64,000 nt of DNA from Candidatus Omnitrophota bacterium (GTDB taxonomy: Bacteria > Omnitrophota > Gorgyraeia > Tantalellales > Tantalellaceae), in the NCBI GenBank assembly GCA_024277375.1, contig JAJRVD010000041.1:2323-66322 (forward strand), given 5' to 3'. Below are positions 23,401 to 32,364 of this stretch, piece by piece (the stretch's first letter is position 1; each line of letters opens with the position of its first letter). A program made the translations under genes and the position numbers. A model generated the notes under the pieces. It saw nothing but the letters and a program-made list of their open reading frames with translations, did no database searches and was not told the DNA's origin.

Positions 23401-26400
23401 ATTCCGCCAAGGGGACCAAGCACGGCTTTTACTTCACGAGACTATGGATATGGTTTTCTGAAAGAAACAATGAACGGGTACCCGTTCTACATAGAACCGG
23501 AGTACCGGAGGGGATATCATCTAGGGAAACTGTTAATGGCGATAGCGGCTCAATCTATGAAGAATATGGATGGCCTGACGGATTATTCGTATAAGACACC
23601 GACTGATGATGTTGAAAGGGTTTTGCGCAAGATTTTTCCTGAATACCCGGGAGGCGGCGAGGTTGATCTCGAGGGAGACGACAATGCAGGGGAGATATTG
23701 ACGTGGTTTGTAGAAAACGCGGGAATGGTTGTTTCCGCTGAATGGTTGATTTCCGGTAATAAAACTAAAGACAATGCAAGTACCCGTCAGATCGGCAAAG
23801 GACCAAAAGTCGATAACGTCGACCTCGAAACAAACCAGGCGACCGCAACAGATTCAGAGGGACGTGAACACACGCTTACTTTAACGGCTAAAGGAAAGGC
23901 AAAGATGCCGAAGCTAAAAGTGCTGACAGAAAGCATAGACTACGAGAACGAAGACCACAGGAAAAACATCCTTACCGTTTTAGATCTCTTAGAAAATTCC
24001 CTTTCTCGGGAACTACCGGACTTGTATACCTACCCAGAACTTATTGAAGACCTTTTCGGGTTTATCCCACCCGATGACTCAACAAACATAATAGCGTTAC
24101 ACGAAACAATGGAAGCCGAACCGATAGCGCGATTCCATGAGATCGCGCATCATTACATGGAGCGCGGGGCATGGAGCATGGAGATGAAGGGCTATATGCT
24201 AACGTTAACTATAAACGGGACAGAGCAGAAACTGGATGTCTCCCGGGCCAGAAGAAACTTGGCGGACGAAAAAGAAGATTGGATCAAGTGGACGGATGAC
24301 GAGCTTAATCAGGAGAAAAACCGGCACTATTTATTAAGAATACTCCAGAGAGCGATATTTAGAGAGAAGGATCTGGCGCTGACAAAGAAGATCAAACAAG
24401 AACAAAAGAGACGCGAAATATCGCGTGAAACGGTAAAGAGAATGTTGAGGCTCGAGCAGGAAATAATGTCGTATAAGTCGCCTGAGATCCGCGTGGCCGC
24501 TATACAGGCGTTAGGCGCGATATATTTAGCGCTTATCAAGCAGGGGCATGATGTCGATCTAGCGATTTTTGAGAAGGAAATACAAAGCACGGAAAGTATA
24601 CTTTGTAATGCTTCTATCAATGTAATGGGGGAACTTTTCTTTACTCTTGCGGGACAAGGAAAAAAAATTAACTTAACCGTAGTAGAGAAAGAATTGATTA
24701 ACGGAGATAAAGTGGATCTGCCGCGTTTGGTGGAGTGGTTACGTAAGATATATCCGGAAATTATCATAAAAGGACACTCCTTCAACATGAGGAGTATTTT
24801 TGAAGCTATGTGTGAAAGCGATCCTATATCAGCTAGTGTGATCAGACCGTTGCTGGTTGATGCTATAAAGCTCTACATTGATAATGGGAAAGAGATTGAT
24901 ATTACGTATTTGATTGACAAAATGGGAAAAAAGGATTTTGAGAACATCGAAGAGACGGTAGAAACAATAAGAGATGTATATGTTTTGTCGGCGGGCGGAG
25001 GTGAAGATATAGATATAACATGCTTAAAACAAATGGAAACAATACTCTTTGATGGGGGATTGTTTGAGAAGAGTTCGGAAGGAGAAGAAGGATATAGCGA
25101 ATATAGGATAGTTAGAGCGCTGGTGATGGAAATAGGGGACATACACAGCGTTTTTATCGAAAACGATATTAACGTAGAGATAACGAACATTGAAGAAAAT
25201 TTATCTAATAAGAACATGAAAATTCGTTATAGTGCGTTGGAAATAATGGAGGATATTCTTATCGCGCGTGCGCAAAAAAGAAGAGAGATCAATTTGGAGA
25301 AAATTAAAAAAATGAGAACAGATCCGGAAAAAGGAATAAGAGACGCGGCAAGTAAGACAATAAAAAGAGTAGAAAAAATACTGGAAAATAGCTACAAAAA
25401 AGCAACTATAAACAAAAAGCAACAAGAGGAAGTTGATGGTGGCGAACATGACGAGATAGTAAGAAGAATGGAAAAGGTGTACGGTAAAGATGTGATAAAT
25501 GACAAAACAAAAATAAGAACAATAAAGACCGAGGACGGGACGATGGTTTCCTCAATAACTCATTATCCCCGCGGGGAAGAGGATGAGGATCTTGTTCGCG
25601 AAGGCAAAGTCGAGGAAGACGCGAAAAAAATCATTACAAAAATAAAAAAAGGAAAAAACCCCAGTCTGAACAAACTAACAAAGGCTTTATTGGATGAAGC
25701 TTTTAATGTTAATCACACGGCCCTTCAAGCGCTGTTAAGGGTTTGTGCTGCTATCTTTGAAGCGGGAAAAGACGTAGATGTAAATATTTTCAAAAATGGT
25801 TTAGTTGCCAAAGTAGAAGTCACGGAAAGCATACGAGAAGAAACCGGGGACATTGTGCTTCAGCTATATGAGCTTTATTGGGAAGAGGGTCAGGAGGTCG
25901 ATACGAAGATGTTGAAGGACATTCTGACTCGAAGTAAATATAAGTATGCGCATGATGATCTGACAAATACGATCGCTAAAGGATTTAAATACTTCAACAG
26001 TGACGACCGGGAGTTCTTTGTGAAGGTCTTTGGGGGGTTGACGCAGGATGAGGATCGATGTATCAGTGAAGCCGCCGTGAACTCCCTAGAGCTCATCATT
26101 GGAGATCTTTCTGGAGAGGAGAAACAAGGGGCTATAAAAGAATTCGAAAAAAGATTGGGAAACATGACATTTATCTCTAAAGTAAAAGCGATAAAGAGTC
26201 TAGGTAAAATATATACGTCAGATTTTCTTAAAGGGAAAGAAACAGATATTATTAAAAAGCTTGGTAAATACGTGAATGACGAAAAAGCGGAAATAAGGGT
26301 AAGCGCTATCGTCTCTATAGGAGAGTATTTTATAGCCCTTGTGGAAGATGGGCAAGTCGTTGATTTGGATATATTAGAGGAAAAACTGGAGGACAAAGAT

Positions 26401-27300
26401 GCAGTAGTCAGAGGGAGGACCATAATAGAGCTTAATAAAATTTATCTTGCTATGATCGAAAAAGGCATTGTTCCTGATGTGTTTTTATTTATAAAAAAGC
26501 TAAAAGACTCTGATGAATTTGACTGGGGGGGGGAATGGGAGGATGGCCCGACCGTTACCAAGCTCGAAGATGGCGCATATTTGTACCAAAGCGAAATACA
26601 AGTAAAAACTGCCGCTAAACATGCTTTATATACAACATGTACGACTTTAGCAAGGGGAAAAATAAATTTTGATAAAAAATTATTAGAAAAAAGACTTTTT
26701 GACGATGATAAATCTTTTTGTGAGGATATTGTTTATGTTTTAGGTGAGATCTATGCCGCTCTTGCTGAAACCGACCAGGATATCGACATGGACGAATTGG
26801 AAGGATATTTGTTCCATGAAGAAGAAAGCTTCCGCAATTTTGCCGCGTACGCTTTAAGTCGGATATATGAAGTGCAATCTGAAAAAGAAAGACAGGGGAT
26901 AGTTTCCGCGGAAGACCTTGAAAAATACCGAGTATGGAAAAAGGCAAAACTACCGCTTATCGAAAAAGCGATAGATGATTATTTTCTTTCCGGCGGACCT
27001 GAGGAATATATAGAAGACCTTAAGCTTCGGGCGGATGAAGCAATATACGAAGGATTTAACACAAGAGACGATAAAGAGATGACCGCGGCTTTTGTGGGAG
27101 TAAGGAGCCATGGGATCAATATCAGTTTTAATGAGTTTGAAGAAAGGATAAAGGAAACAAAAGAGTGCAGCCAACACTTGTCTAATAAAGACGAAAAGTT
27201 TGGGCAATCTCCGAGAGATCGCTTTGAAGATCTTTTTAAAAAAGAAAAAAGACTTAAGCCTATAGAAGTGAGCGCGCGGGATTCGCGTGTTGTGGATTAA
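20404..27300 (+). CDS. Giant (2298 aa) Lys/Glu-rich protein with a signal anchor, an unknown N-domain, about 7 tandem 36-aa Trp-containing repeats, two degenerate GNAT-like folds and a C-terminal HEAT/PBS-lyase-like repeat array
   Basis: Uninterrupted 6.9-kb ORF. The signal peptide is ISTLVVCLFMVNSFAWA. The tandem repeats have the form GLSKAEAVECVKRWARPKEEWKRLEP... GNAT motif A-like sequences include RITVSEEERDKGVGHSLMDKAVNAI and YIEPEYRRGYHLGKLLMAIA. HEAT-like units include SPEIRVAAIQALGAIYLAL. All antisense ORFs in this span are short. Confidence 0.85.
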   Translation: MNKRYITHKITIKIISTLVVCLFMVNSFAWAMPRQINISSTKTLQAELMTARILKNIDIQYRDTAAVEVKTILTMLGRGDPILNINAALSIAHGEAEKMSDPILEVKFLDDVGAASGSEQKSDERTVELRYKDKPREVPICRVIRSKNGRIWVEDILEEKPFEDLFGEILEQVDEENKRKAGKELETIIAMALAAEPYPNINEALNGFAAAKERGKRILEIKSPVYRTDGTVAIEIGFLGMPHGGPKYRIILKGCRDKEDLAREPSKIEIKRIKFYEAWREYRVEKKYPRYADRSGYGFIGGPRGDIAEAYRKGLIFKMKESGLSEDEKRLVSDALIRVTEGSMRDRKEFFSEGEIAEILCYSDFNIKGLISKIIKEKNKYEAVVDEKGKRLFSEKQINALVLRRFAPLSWIENLRNGGLSKAEAVECVKRWARPKEEWKRLEPVRDKIVAGKWFKRREANRIVTRWKDAEEKARDIKDICGTLIKDGLSKSSALGIVLQWKNPKKKWKNTLEPLLNRLVKKGIPRGVAFQLVIKHRDPEKKLEDIQDDVEMLKGKGLTESAAMRFAIRHANVEDKWNEMIKNSKKIRKQGWSRRQAMIIAYKYRDPENEGRKRTIVYEQLIKEGIPEERAKECVIKWTHAAEKIKAVEKTTKLIEEKLRGKVKKVFVWVLNNSYGNLKKKLRYRYKQTGDEIARLLEPLREYEEKYGQEKEDNFEIIEKGARKKEQGEQKKPKAKKKERKIETFTVDMEDGIYDPKAIIGTEKKKKRKLAKSMAETEVEVFSPEEGKKHKQEMIRHLTEVVLAEIADDSTRIAIRNKKVVGFVEFAYRTGKQEAQIKRITVSEEERDKGVGHSLMDKAVNAILEHDPNNNKIQIKAPTGKEGFYREKYLPGREKNKTTNVPWYVEWHAPAGYAGGVRFDVTVYKKKQETSIKKQNAPPRNKEGFTSVCTLEVEGKIFVVRQLVHEKNNNGYSYKVRDIGVYEVKSGGKEIFAGGIFYVIPPRGPSTAFTSRDYGYGFLKETMNGYPFYIEPEYRRGYHLGKLLMAIAAQSMKNMDGLTDYSYKTPTDDVERVLRKIFPEYPGGGEVDLEGDDNAGEILTWFVENAGMVVSAEWLISGNKTKDNASTRQIGKGPKVDNVDLETNQATATDSEGREHTLTLTAKGKAKMPKLKVLTESIDYENEDHRKNILTVLDLLENSLSRELPDLYTYPELIEDLFGFIPPDDSTNIIALHETMEAEPIARFHEIAHHYMERGAWSMEMKGYMLTLTINGTEQKLDVSRARRNLADEKEDWIKWTDDELNQEKNRHYLLRILQRAIFREKDLALTKKIKQEQKRREISRETVKRMLRLEQEIMSYKSPEIRVAAIQALGAIYLALIKQGHDVDLAIFEKEIQSTESILCNASINVMGELFFTLAGQGKKINLTVVEKELINGDKVDLPRLVEWLRKIYPEIIIKGHSFNMRSIFEAMCESDPISASVIRPLLVDAIKLYIDNGKEIDITYLIDKMGKKDFENIEETVETIRDVYVLSAGGGEDIDITCLKQMETILFDGGLFEKSSEGEEGYSEYRIVRALVMEIGDIHSVFIENDINVEITNIEENLSNKNMKIRYSALEIMEDILIARAQKRREINLEKIKKMRTDPEKGIRDAASKTIKRVEKILENSYKKATINKKQQEEVDGGEHDEIVRRMEKVYGKDVINDKTKIRTIKTEDGTMVSSITHYPRGEEDEDLVREGKVEEDAKKIITKIKKGKNPSLNKLTKALLDEAFNVNHTALQALLRVCAAIFEAGKDVDVNIFKNGLVAKVEVTESIREETGDIVLQLYELYWEEGQEVDTKMLKDILTRSKYKYAHDDLTNTIAKGFKYFNSDDREFFVKVFGGLTQDEDRCISEAAVNSLELIIGDLSGEEKQGAIKEFEKRLGNMTFISKVKAIKSLGKIYTSDFLKGKETDIIKKLGKYVNDEKAEIRVSAIVSIGEYFIALVEDGQVVDLDILEEKLEDKDAVVRGRTIIELNKIYLAMIEKGIVPDVFLFIKKLKDSDEFDWGGEWEDGPTVTKLEDGAYLYQSEIQVKTAAKHALYTTCTTLARGKINFDKKLLEKRLFDDDKSFCEDIVYVLGEIYAALAETDQDIDMDELEGYLFHEEESFRNFAAYALSRIYEVQSEKERQGIVSAEDLEKYRVWKKAKLPLIEKAIDDYFLSGGPEEYIEDLKLRADEAIYEGFNTRDDKEMTAAFVGVRSHGINISFNEFEERIKETKECSQHLSNKDEKFGQSPRDRFEDLFKKEKRLKPIEVSARDSRVVD

Positions 27301-27306
27301 GGCAGT

Positions 27307-30300
27307 GTGGATACGGATGTTTTTGACAGGCATTTTTCAAAATTAGTTACGATAAAAAACAATATAGACAGTTTAGAGTGGTTAGAGGAGCTTCCGGGGA
27401 AAAAGTTTACACTTGAAAATGTTTACCACAAGTTTAAAAAACAACAGGCGGGCATTCCCGAAAAGGAAAATTCCCACTTTGTTCTTCCCGGTGAGAGGAA
27501 AAGAATAAAAACGGAATTATTAGAAGACAGAAAGATACTTTACCGGGTATTGTTCAGAATGTTAAAGGACAGGTTGAACGACAGGCAAGCAAGGGAGAAG
27601 TATCTGATTTTAATGAGAGATCTGGCCATAAGCGACAGCCTGTTAAGTTATTCTTTGGTGGCGGGCATGAGGTCCGAATATATGGAGAAACAAATAAGCG
27701 CGTTCAGGTTTCTTTACGAGGAAGACAAAAACAACTTAATTGAAGACGTTATGAAGGGAGAGAAAGAAAGCACTAAAAAGAAGCTAACAAAAACGTTAGC
27801 AGAAGGGTTTGATGAATTGTCCCGGGAAATATATGAAGAGATAGGGAAGATAAGGATCACCGTGATCAAGGGAAAAGAGAACAGGTATCGCCTGGTTCCG
27901 GCAGGTTTTTTAAGCTTGTTTAGAGGAAGAGCTGGGATATTTGATTGTTCTTTTAAATGTGAGCAGGGAGGAGAAAATCCTCTTGTGCGAGCCATTCATG
28001 AAGACAACAGTTATTATCTTGTATACAAGGGGAAAGAACTGAAAGGGTATGTAGGATTATGTTTTGGAAAGAACGAGAAAGGGGAAAGAATATTAACAGT
28101 AGACACTATTCAATCCCCCTCACTTGACGGAGAAGAGCTCTTAATGAACCTGTTTAAGGCCTTGGGCGTTGTGGCGGAAGAAAAGGGATGCATAGGTATA
28201 GCGCTTCCCGGCAACTTACGGCCGGATGCGATAGTATCTTTCAATTTTGATAACAAAAGAACCATAATGGATATGGATATATATAAGAATGCTCCGTCTG
28301 TTTATGTGGAACCGATAAACAAAAAAACGTGGGATAGTTTTTATCCGGAGTACGCGGAAGATAAACACGATTCAATGTTCTTTGGCAAGTTCAGATTAAT
28401 AACGCTTGAGATGTTGGGGCTTGCGGATGGATCGAGAAAAAGATGTGAAAGAAAAATAGACCTGGAAGACGGAATATATAACGCCGGAGAAATGATATCG
28501 GATAAGAGGATAAGCTTAAACAAGCTTTGTGTAGAGTTGACGAAGATAGAGATCGAGGCGTTTCGACCCGGAAAGAGGCGGAGCGAAAGATATATTAAAT
28601 TACTGGCTGGGACGTTTGTTGGGAATATCGAAAGAGATATTGCGCTTGTAGCCGTCAAGGACGGAGAGATCGTGGGCTTTATCCTGGCCGGAAAGAACGA
28701 TGGAGGGCTAGATCAAATAAAAGGGTTTGCGGTACGCCGGGGTGATAGGAGTAGGGGAATAGGGACGGGTCTTTTGGATAATGCGGTTGAGGCGTTTTTA
28801 GGGCACAGAGAGAGCTGTTCTTTTACTCTTCGGCCGTGGCCGGACGCTGAAAGTTTCTATACCGAAAAATATTTTCCATCACGAGTTAAAGGAAAAAGCA
28901 CAAAATCATGGTGGTTGGGAGCGGAGGCAGACCCCACAGAAAACAACACTTTAAAAGTGACCGTTTACAAAAAGGAAGAGATAGAACCGGGTTCGCTGGA
29001 CGAACAGTTGGAAAAAACCAAAGACGGAGTGTATGACGTAGAGTCGATCGTAAAAGAAAATGAAAATATTCTGCGGGAAGTGGTTGGAAGGTTATGCGTG
29101 ATAGCGGCGAGGGGCATAGGGTCGGAGAAAGTAAAAGCGGAAATATTAAGGAACGTAAACAACAAGGGTGTTTTAATGACGGTGAGAGAAAACGCAATAG
29201 TCGGGTTTATAGAATTCGGGTTCAATCCAGCGGAGCAGATGACAATAACGAATATTTTTGTTGACCAAGAGGAGTTATTTAACGAAGTGGGCTCCGAGTT
29301 AATGGATGAATTTGTAGAAGAAATTTTGGAAAAAGAAAATATCAATGACTTTAGGATTATAGCGGATCCGGACACGAGAACGTTTTATTCAAAATACATC
29401 AATAAGTGGAAACAAGAAAAAAGCAAAATCACCGCGATCAAAATCAGATTTAAATTATATAAACGGGGATGCGTAAAAATAAACGTTAACATTGAAGAAA
29501 GAATAGAGGAAGCAAGCTGGGGGGAGAGAAGAAAAAGAAAAGCGAAAAAAAGAATAAAAGAAGTTTGCCGGGAGACCCTAAAAGCTGAAAGAGAAAGGAA
29601 AGAGACAATAAATTCCGAGGAAGGAACAAAAATAAACATAATTACGGATGTGTCGCTTTTGACGGAAGAAGATCTGGAAGATAGCATAACGGAATGGGCA
29701 TATTTGATATTAAAATACAAGGAACACAAAAACGTAAACTTCATATTTAAACAGCTCTATCTGGATTATGGCGAAAAAAACATAATGTCCGACGCGTTGA
29801 TCCGGGATATTGTAAACGCCGTCAAGCCGAACGAGTTTGTAGCCGGCCTTCAAGCGCGTCTCGCGGCCCTGAACGAGGTATATACATTGGGGCTTGATAT
29901 CGAGAAGCTGTTTACGGAGAGGATAGGGGACAGCCTCTTTTTGCCCAAAAAGAGGCTATCCCCTAAAAAGTCCCCTGAAAAAAGTCCCGTAGAAATATTG
30001 ATATCTTCTTCCGAAATGTTCAAGTGGATCGAAGCAAAAGAGAAACAGCTGAAAAAAGAGCTTATAAAAGATAATCAATATCCTGTGGCTATGGAAGGAA
30101 GCACGGTGAGAGGGCAGAATTTAGCGGCGCTTTGGGATTTTCAAGGCGCGATGGATATGGCAATGGTAAAGGCGGAACTCGTTATAGCCAAGGAGAATGG
30201 TAATTTGGAAGAGACCGCCGAGAGGCTGTCGGAGCAGGTTAAGAAACTCTATGAGATCATGGACAAGAAAATAGAGGATATAGACGAAAAAACCCTTCAA

Positions 30301-30429
30301 TACATGATAAATGAACACTCCAAACTCGAAATGGCGATAGAAATGGCCCTCCCGGCCATCGGTCGAATGTCATACAAAGAACGTCAGATCCTGCACGGCT
30401 TCACTCAAGATGTCCTCCGCAACGTATAA
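27307..30429 (+). CDS. Large (1040 aa) multi-GNAT protein, paralogous over one module to the preceding giant protein
   Basis: A clear GNAT motif is present: IVGFILAGKNDGGLDQIKGFAVRRGDRSRGIGTGLLDNAV. Two more degenerate GNAT-like segments follow. The segment FYTEKYFPSRVKGKSTK...KVTVYKKEE parallels FYREKYLPGREKNKTTN...DVTVYKKKQE in the giant protein. Starts 6 nt after the upstream stop. Confidence 0.85.
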   Translation: MDTDVFDRHFSKLVTIKNNIDSLEWLEELPGKKFTLENVYHKFKKQQAGIPEKENSHFVLPGERKRIKTELLEDRKILYRVLFRMLKDRLNDRQAREKYLILMRDLAISDSLLSYSLVAGMRSEYMEKQISAFRFLYEEDKNNLIEDVMKGEKESTKKKLTKTLAEGFDELSREIYEEIGKIRITVIKGKENRYRLVPAGFLSLFRGRAGIFDCSFKCEQGGENPLVRAIHEDNSYYLVYKGKELKGYVGLCFGKNEKGERILTVDTIQSPSLDGEELLMNLFKALGVVAEEKGCIGIALPGNLRPDAIVSFNFDNKRTIMDMDIYKNAPSVYVEPINKKTWDSFYPEYAEDKHDSMFFGKFRLITLEMLGLADGSRKRCERKIDLEDGIYNAGEMISDKRISLNKLCVELTKIEIEAFRPGKRRSERYIKLLAGTFVGNIERDIALVAVKDGEIVGFILAGKNDGGLDQIKGFAVRRGDRSRGIGTGLLDNAVEAFLGHRESCSFTLRPWPDAESFYTEKYFPSRVKGKSTKSWWLGAEADPTENNTLKVTVYKKEEIEPGSLDEQLEKTKDGVYDVESIVKENENILREVVGRLCVIAARGIGSEKVKAEILRNVNNKGVLMTVRENAIVGFIEFGFNPAEQMTITNIFVDQEELFNEVGSELMDEFVEEILEKENINDFRIIADPDTRTFYSKYINKWKQEKSKITAIKIRFKLYKRGCVKINVNIEERIEEASWGERRKRKAKKRIKEVCRETLKAERERKETINSEEGTKINIITDVSLLTEEDLEDSITEWAYLILKYKEHKNVNFIFKQLYLDYGEKNIMSDALIRDIVNAVKPNEFVAGLQARLAALNEVYTLGLDIEKLFTERIGDSLFLPKKRLSPKKSPEKSPVEILISSSEMFKWIEAKEKQLKKELIKDNQYPVAMEGSTVRGQNLAALWDFQGAMDMAMVKAELVIAKENGNLEETAERLSEQVKKLYEIMDKKIEDIDEKTLQYMINEHSKLEMAIEMALPAIGRMSYKERQILHGFTQDVLRNV

Positions 30430-30568
30430 CGCGTCTTGGGGAGAGGCTCCTACACTGTTTTTACACATTGTCAATACGAATAACAATTTGCAAAGATGAT
30501 TGCGCAATAGTCTAAAAGGGGGACCTGGCAGGAGCGCGACACCCATTATGGCTATGAATATATTTTTC

Positions 30569-30597
30569 TTGACATAATTCTGCTAAGGTAGTATGAT
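30569..30597 (+). promoter_or_regulatory. Sigma-70-like promoter of the pyr operon (TTGACA-17 bp-TATGAT)
   Basis: Consensus -35 TTGACA at 30569-30574, a 17-bp spacer, and -10 TATGAT at 30592-30597. Confidence 0.5.
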
Positions 30598-30614
30598 TAC
30601 ATGAACTTAGAACC

Positions 30615-30720
30615 TTTTAACATGGTCCCGAGAGGCCGTAAAAGGAGTTAAAATGAACCGAAAGAACCATATATTTGAGCCTGCTTGTCACTCTAGACGT
30701 GACGGGGAGGCTTTTTTTTG
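30615..30720 (+). promoter_or_regulatory. PyrR-dependent transcription attenuator: PyrR binding loop, a possible leader peptide and an intrinsic terminator
   Basis: GGTCCCGAGAGGCC at 30624-30637 matches the PyrR box UCCNGNGAGG. A small leader ORF (MNRKNHIFEPACHSRRDGEAFFCDRVQ) follows. A hairpin ending in T8 at 30712-30719 lies just upstream of pyrR. Confidence 0.6.
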
Positions 30721-30768
30721 TGACAGGGTTCAATGAGTTGACCCATACAATGTTAGACGGAGAAGAAT

Positions 30769-31308
30769 ATGAATCTTGAGATAAAAGCAAAAGTGTTGGA
30801 TGAAAAGGGAATAAAAAGGACATTGCAGAGGATTTCCCACGAGATCCTGGAGAAAAATCAAGATGTCGGGACCCTTGCGATCGTTGGGATCAGAACAAGA
30901 GGAGCGTATCTGGCGGAAAGGATAGCCGAGAATATACAACAGATCGAAGGCAAAGAGGTTCCGGTAGGCGCGCTTGATATTACTCTGTACAGAGATGACT
31001 TAACGGAAGTTTCCGAACAACCGGTAATACGGTCGACCGAAATAGAGTTTGATCTGAACGGCAAACAGATAATACTTGTGGACGATGTTCTATATACGGG
31101 AAGGACGGTACGGTGCGCGCTTGACGAATTGATAGATTTCGGAAGGCCCGCTAACATACGACTGGCGGTCCTTATAGACCGCGGCCACAGAGAATTTCCG
31201 ATCCGTCCGGACTATGTGGGCAAGAACATACCGACAGCCAAACAGGAGAGTGTTGAGGTGCGCTTAAAAGAAACGGATGACGCAGAAGAGGTAAACGTCT
31301 TAGCGTAA
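30769..31308 (+). CDS. pyrR: Bifunctional pyrimidine operon regulator/uracil phosphoribosyltransferase PyrR
   Basis: 179 aa with a PRTase fold ([17 protein letters not shown]). Confidence 0.95.
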   Translation: MNLEIKAKVLDEKGIKRTLQRISHEILEKNQDVGTLAIVGIRTRGAYLAERIAENIQQIEGKEVPVGALDITLYRDDLTEVSEQPVIRSTEIEFDLNGKQIILVDDVLYTGRTVRCALDELIDFGRPANIRLAVLIDRGHREFPIRPDYVGKNIPTAKQESVEVRLKETDDAEEVNVLA

Positions 31309-31353
31309 CCAACTCCCATACCGGGTATGATCCATACCCGGTATGGGAGTTGG
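31309..31353 (+). promoter_or_regulatory. Perfect 21-bp-stem palindrome between pyrR and pyrB, a possible second attenuator or processing hairpin
   Basis: CCAACTCCCATACCGGGTATGatcCATACCCGGTATGGGAGTTGG. Confidence 0.4.
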
Positions 31354-31365
31354 TAAAGGGGAGAT

Positions 31366-32325
31366 ATGAGTAAAAAGAATGCGATGAAATGGACGAGGAA
31401 GCATCTTCTGGGGATTGAAGAGCTTTCGGTGGAAGAGGTCAACCTTATACTTGATCAGGCGGCTAATTTTAAAGAAGTTCTATCTCGGCCGATCCCTAAG
31501 GTGCCTGCTTTAAGAGGGAAAACAATAGTGAATCTCTTTTGTGAGGCATCTACAAGAACAAGGTCTTCGTTCGAGCTCGCGGCAAAACGACTAAGTGCCG
31601 ACACTTTGAGTATAGCGGCTTCTTCTTCAAGCTTTGTAAAGGGAGAGACTTTGCGAGATACGGCTCAAAACATAGAAGCGATGAAAATAGACATGATAAT
31701 TATGAGGCATTCGTGCTCAGGGGCACCATGGTTCTTGTCCAAGCATGTTGATGCCGCGATCATAAACGCGGGTGATGGGTCTCATGAACATCCTACGCAG
31801 GCTCTTCTGGATACCTTTACGATCAAAGAAAAACTGGGCAAGATCAAAGGCCTTAATGTAAGCATAATAGGCGATATAGCGCACTCAAGAGTAGCCCGAA
31901 GCAATATATGGGCCCTGACAAAATTGGGAGCGAACGTTACTGTGTGCGGGCCCAAAACGCTCATACCCGCACAAATTGAGAAAATGGGCGTTAAAGTGAC
32001 ATATAATATTGCCGGGGCCATAAAGGGGGCGGATGTGCTGAATGTTCTGCGGATACAAATGGAAAGGCAGAAGAAAGCACTATTCCCCAGCATAAGGGAG
32101 TATACGAAGATCTTTGGTATAAACACGGAACGATTGAATAAATACGCGAAGAACGACATAGTTATAATGCACCCGGGGCCCATAAACAGGGGTGTGGAAC
32201 TTAGCCAGGACGTGGCCGATGGCGAATATTCGGTCATCCTGGAGCAGGTAACCAATGGCGTGGCGGTAAGAATGGCGGTATTATTCCTCTTGAATCATAC
32301 AAAACAGTCAAGTGGAGTAAAATAA
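31366..32325 (+). CDS. pyrB: Aspartate carbamoyltransferase catalytic subunit
   Basis: 319 aa with the STRTR and HPTQ motifs. Confidence 0.95.
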   Translation: MSKKNAMKWTRKHLLGIEELSVEEVNLILDQAANFKEVLSRPIPKVPALRGKTIVNLFCEASTRTRSSFELAAKRLSADTLSIAASSSSFVKGETLRDTAQNIEAMKIDMIIMRHSCSGAPWFLSKHVDAAIINAGDGSHEHPTQALLDTFTIKEKLGKIKGLNVSIIGDIAHSRVARSNIWALTKLGANVTVCGPKTLIPAQIEKMGVKVTYNIAGAIKGADVLNVLRIQMERQKKALFPSIREYTKIFGINTERLNKYAKNDIVIMHPGPINRGVELSQDVADGEYSVILEQVTNGVAVRMAVLFLLNHTKQSSGVK

Positions 32326-32364
32326 CCCAAATAACAATAAAAACAAGCATAAAATGGAGTTAAA

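Noticed and set aside
20535-30318. Numerous 60-200 aa antisense or out-of-frame ORFs inside the two giant genes (e.g. 22711..23298-, 24327..24788-, 25890..26423-, 28965..29375-)
   Set aside because: All are embedded in the uninterrupted 6.9-kb and 3.1-kb sense ORFs, are Ser/Phe/Leu-rich low-complexity artefacts of translating the antisense of a Lys/Glu-rich CDS, and lack RBSs.
31309-31353. Interpretation of the pyrR-pyrB palindrome as a second canonical PyrR attenuator
   Set aside because: No UCCNGNGAGG PyrR box was found in or next to the hairpin, and there is no T-run after it. It is retained only as a generic regulatory hairpin.
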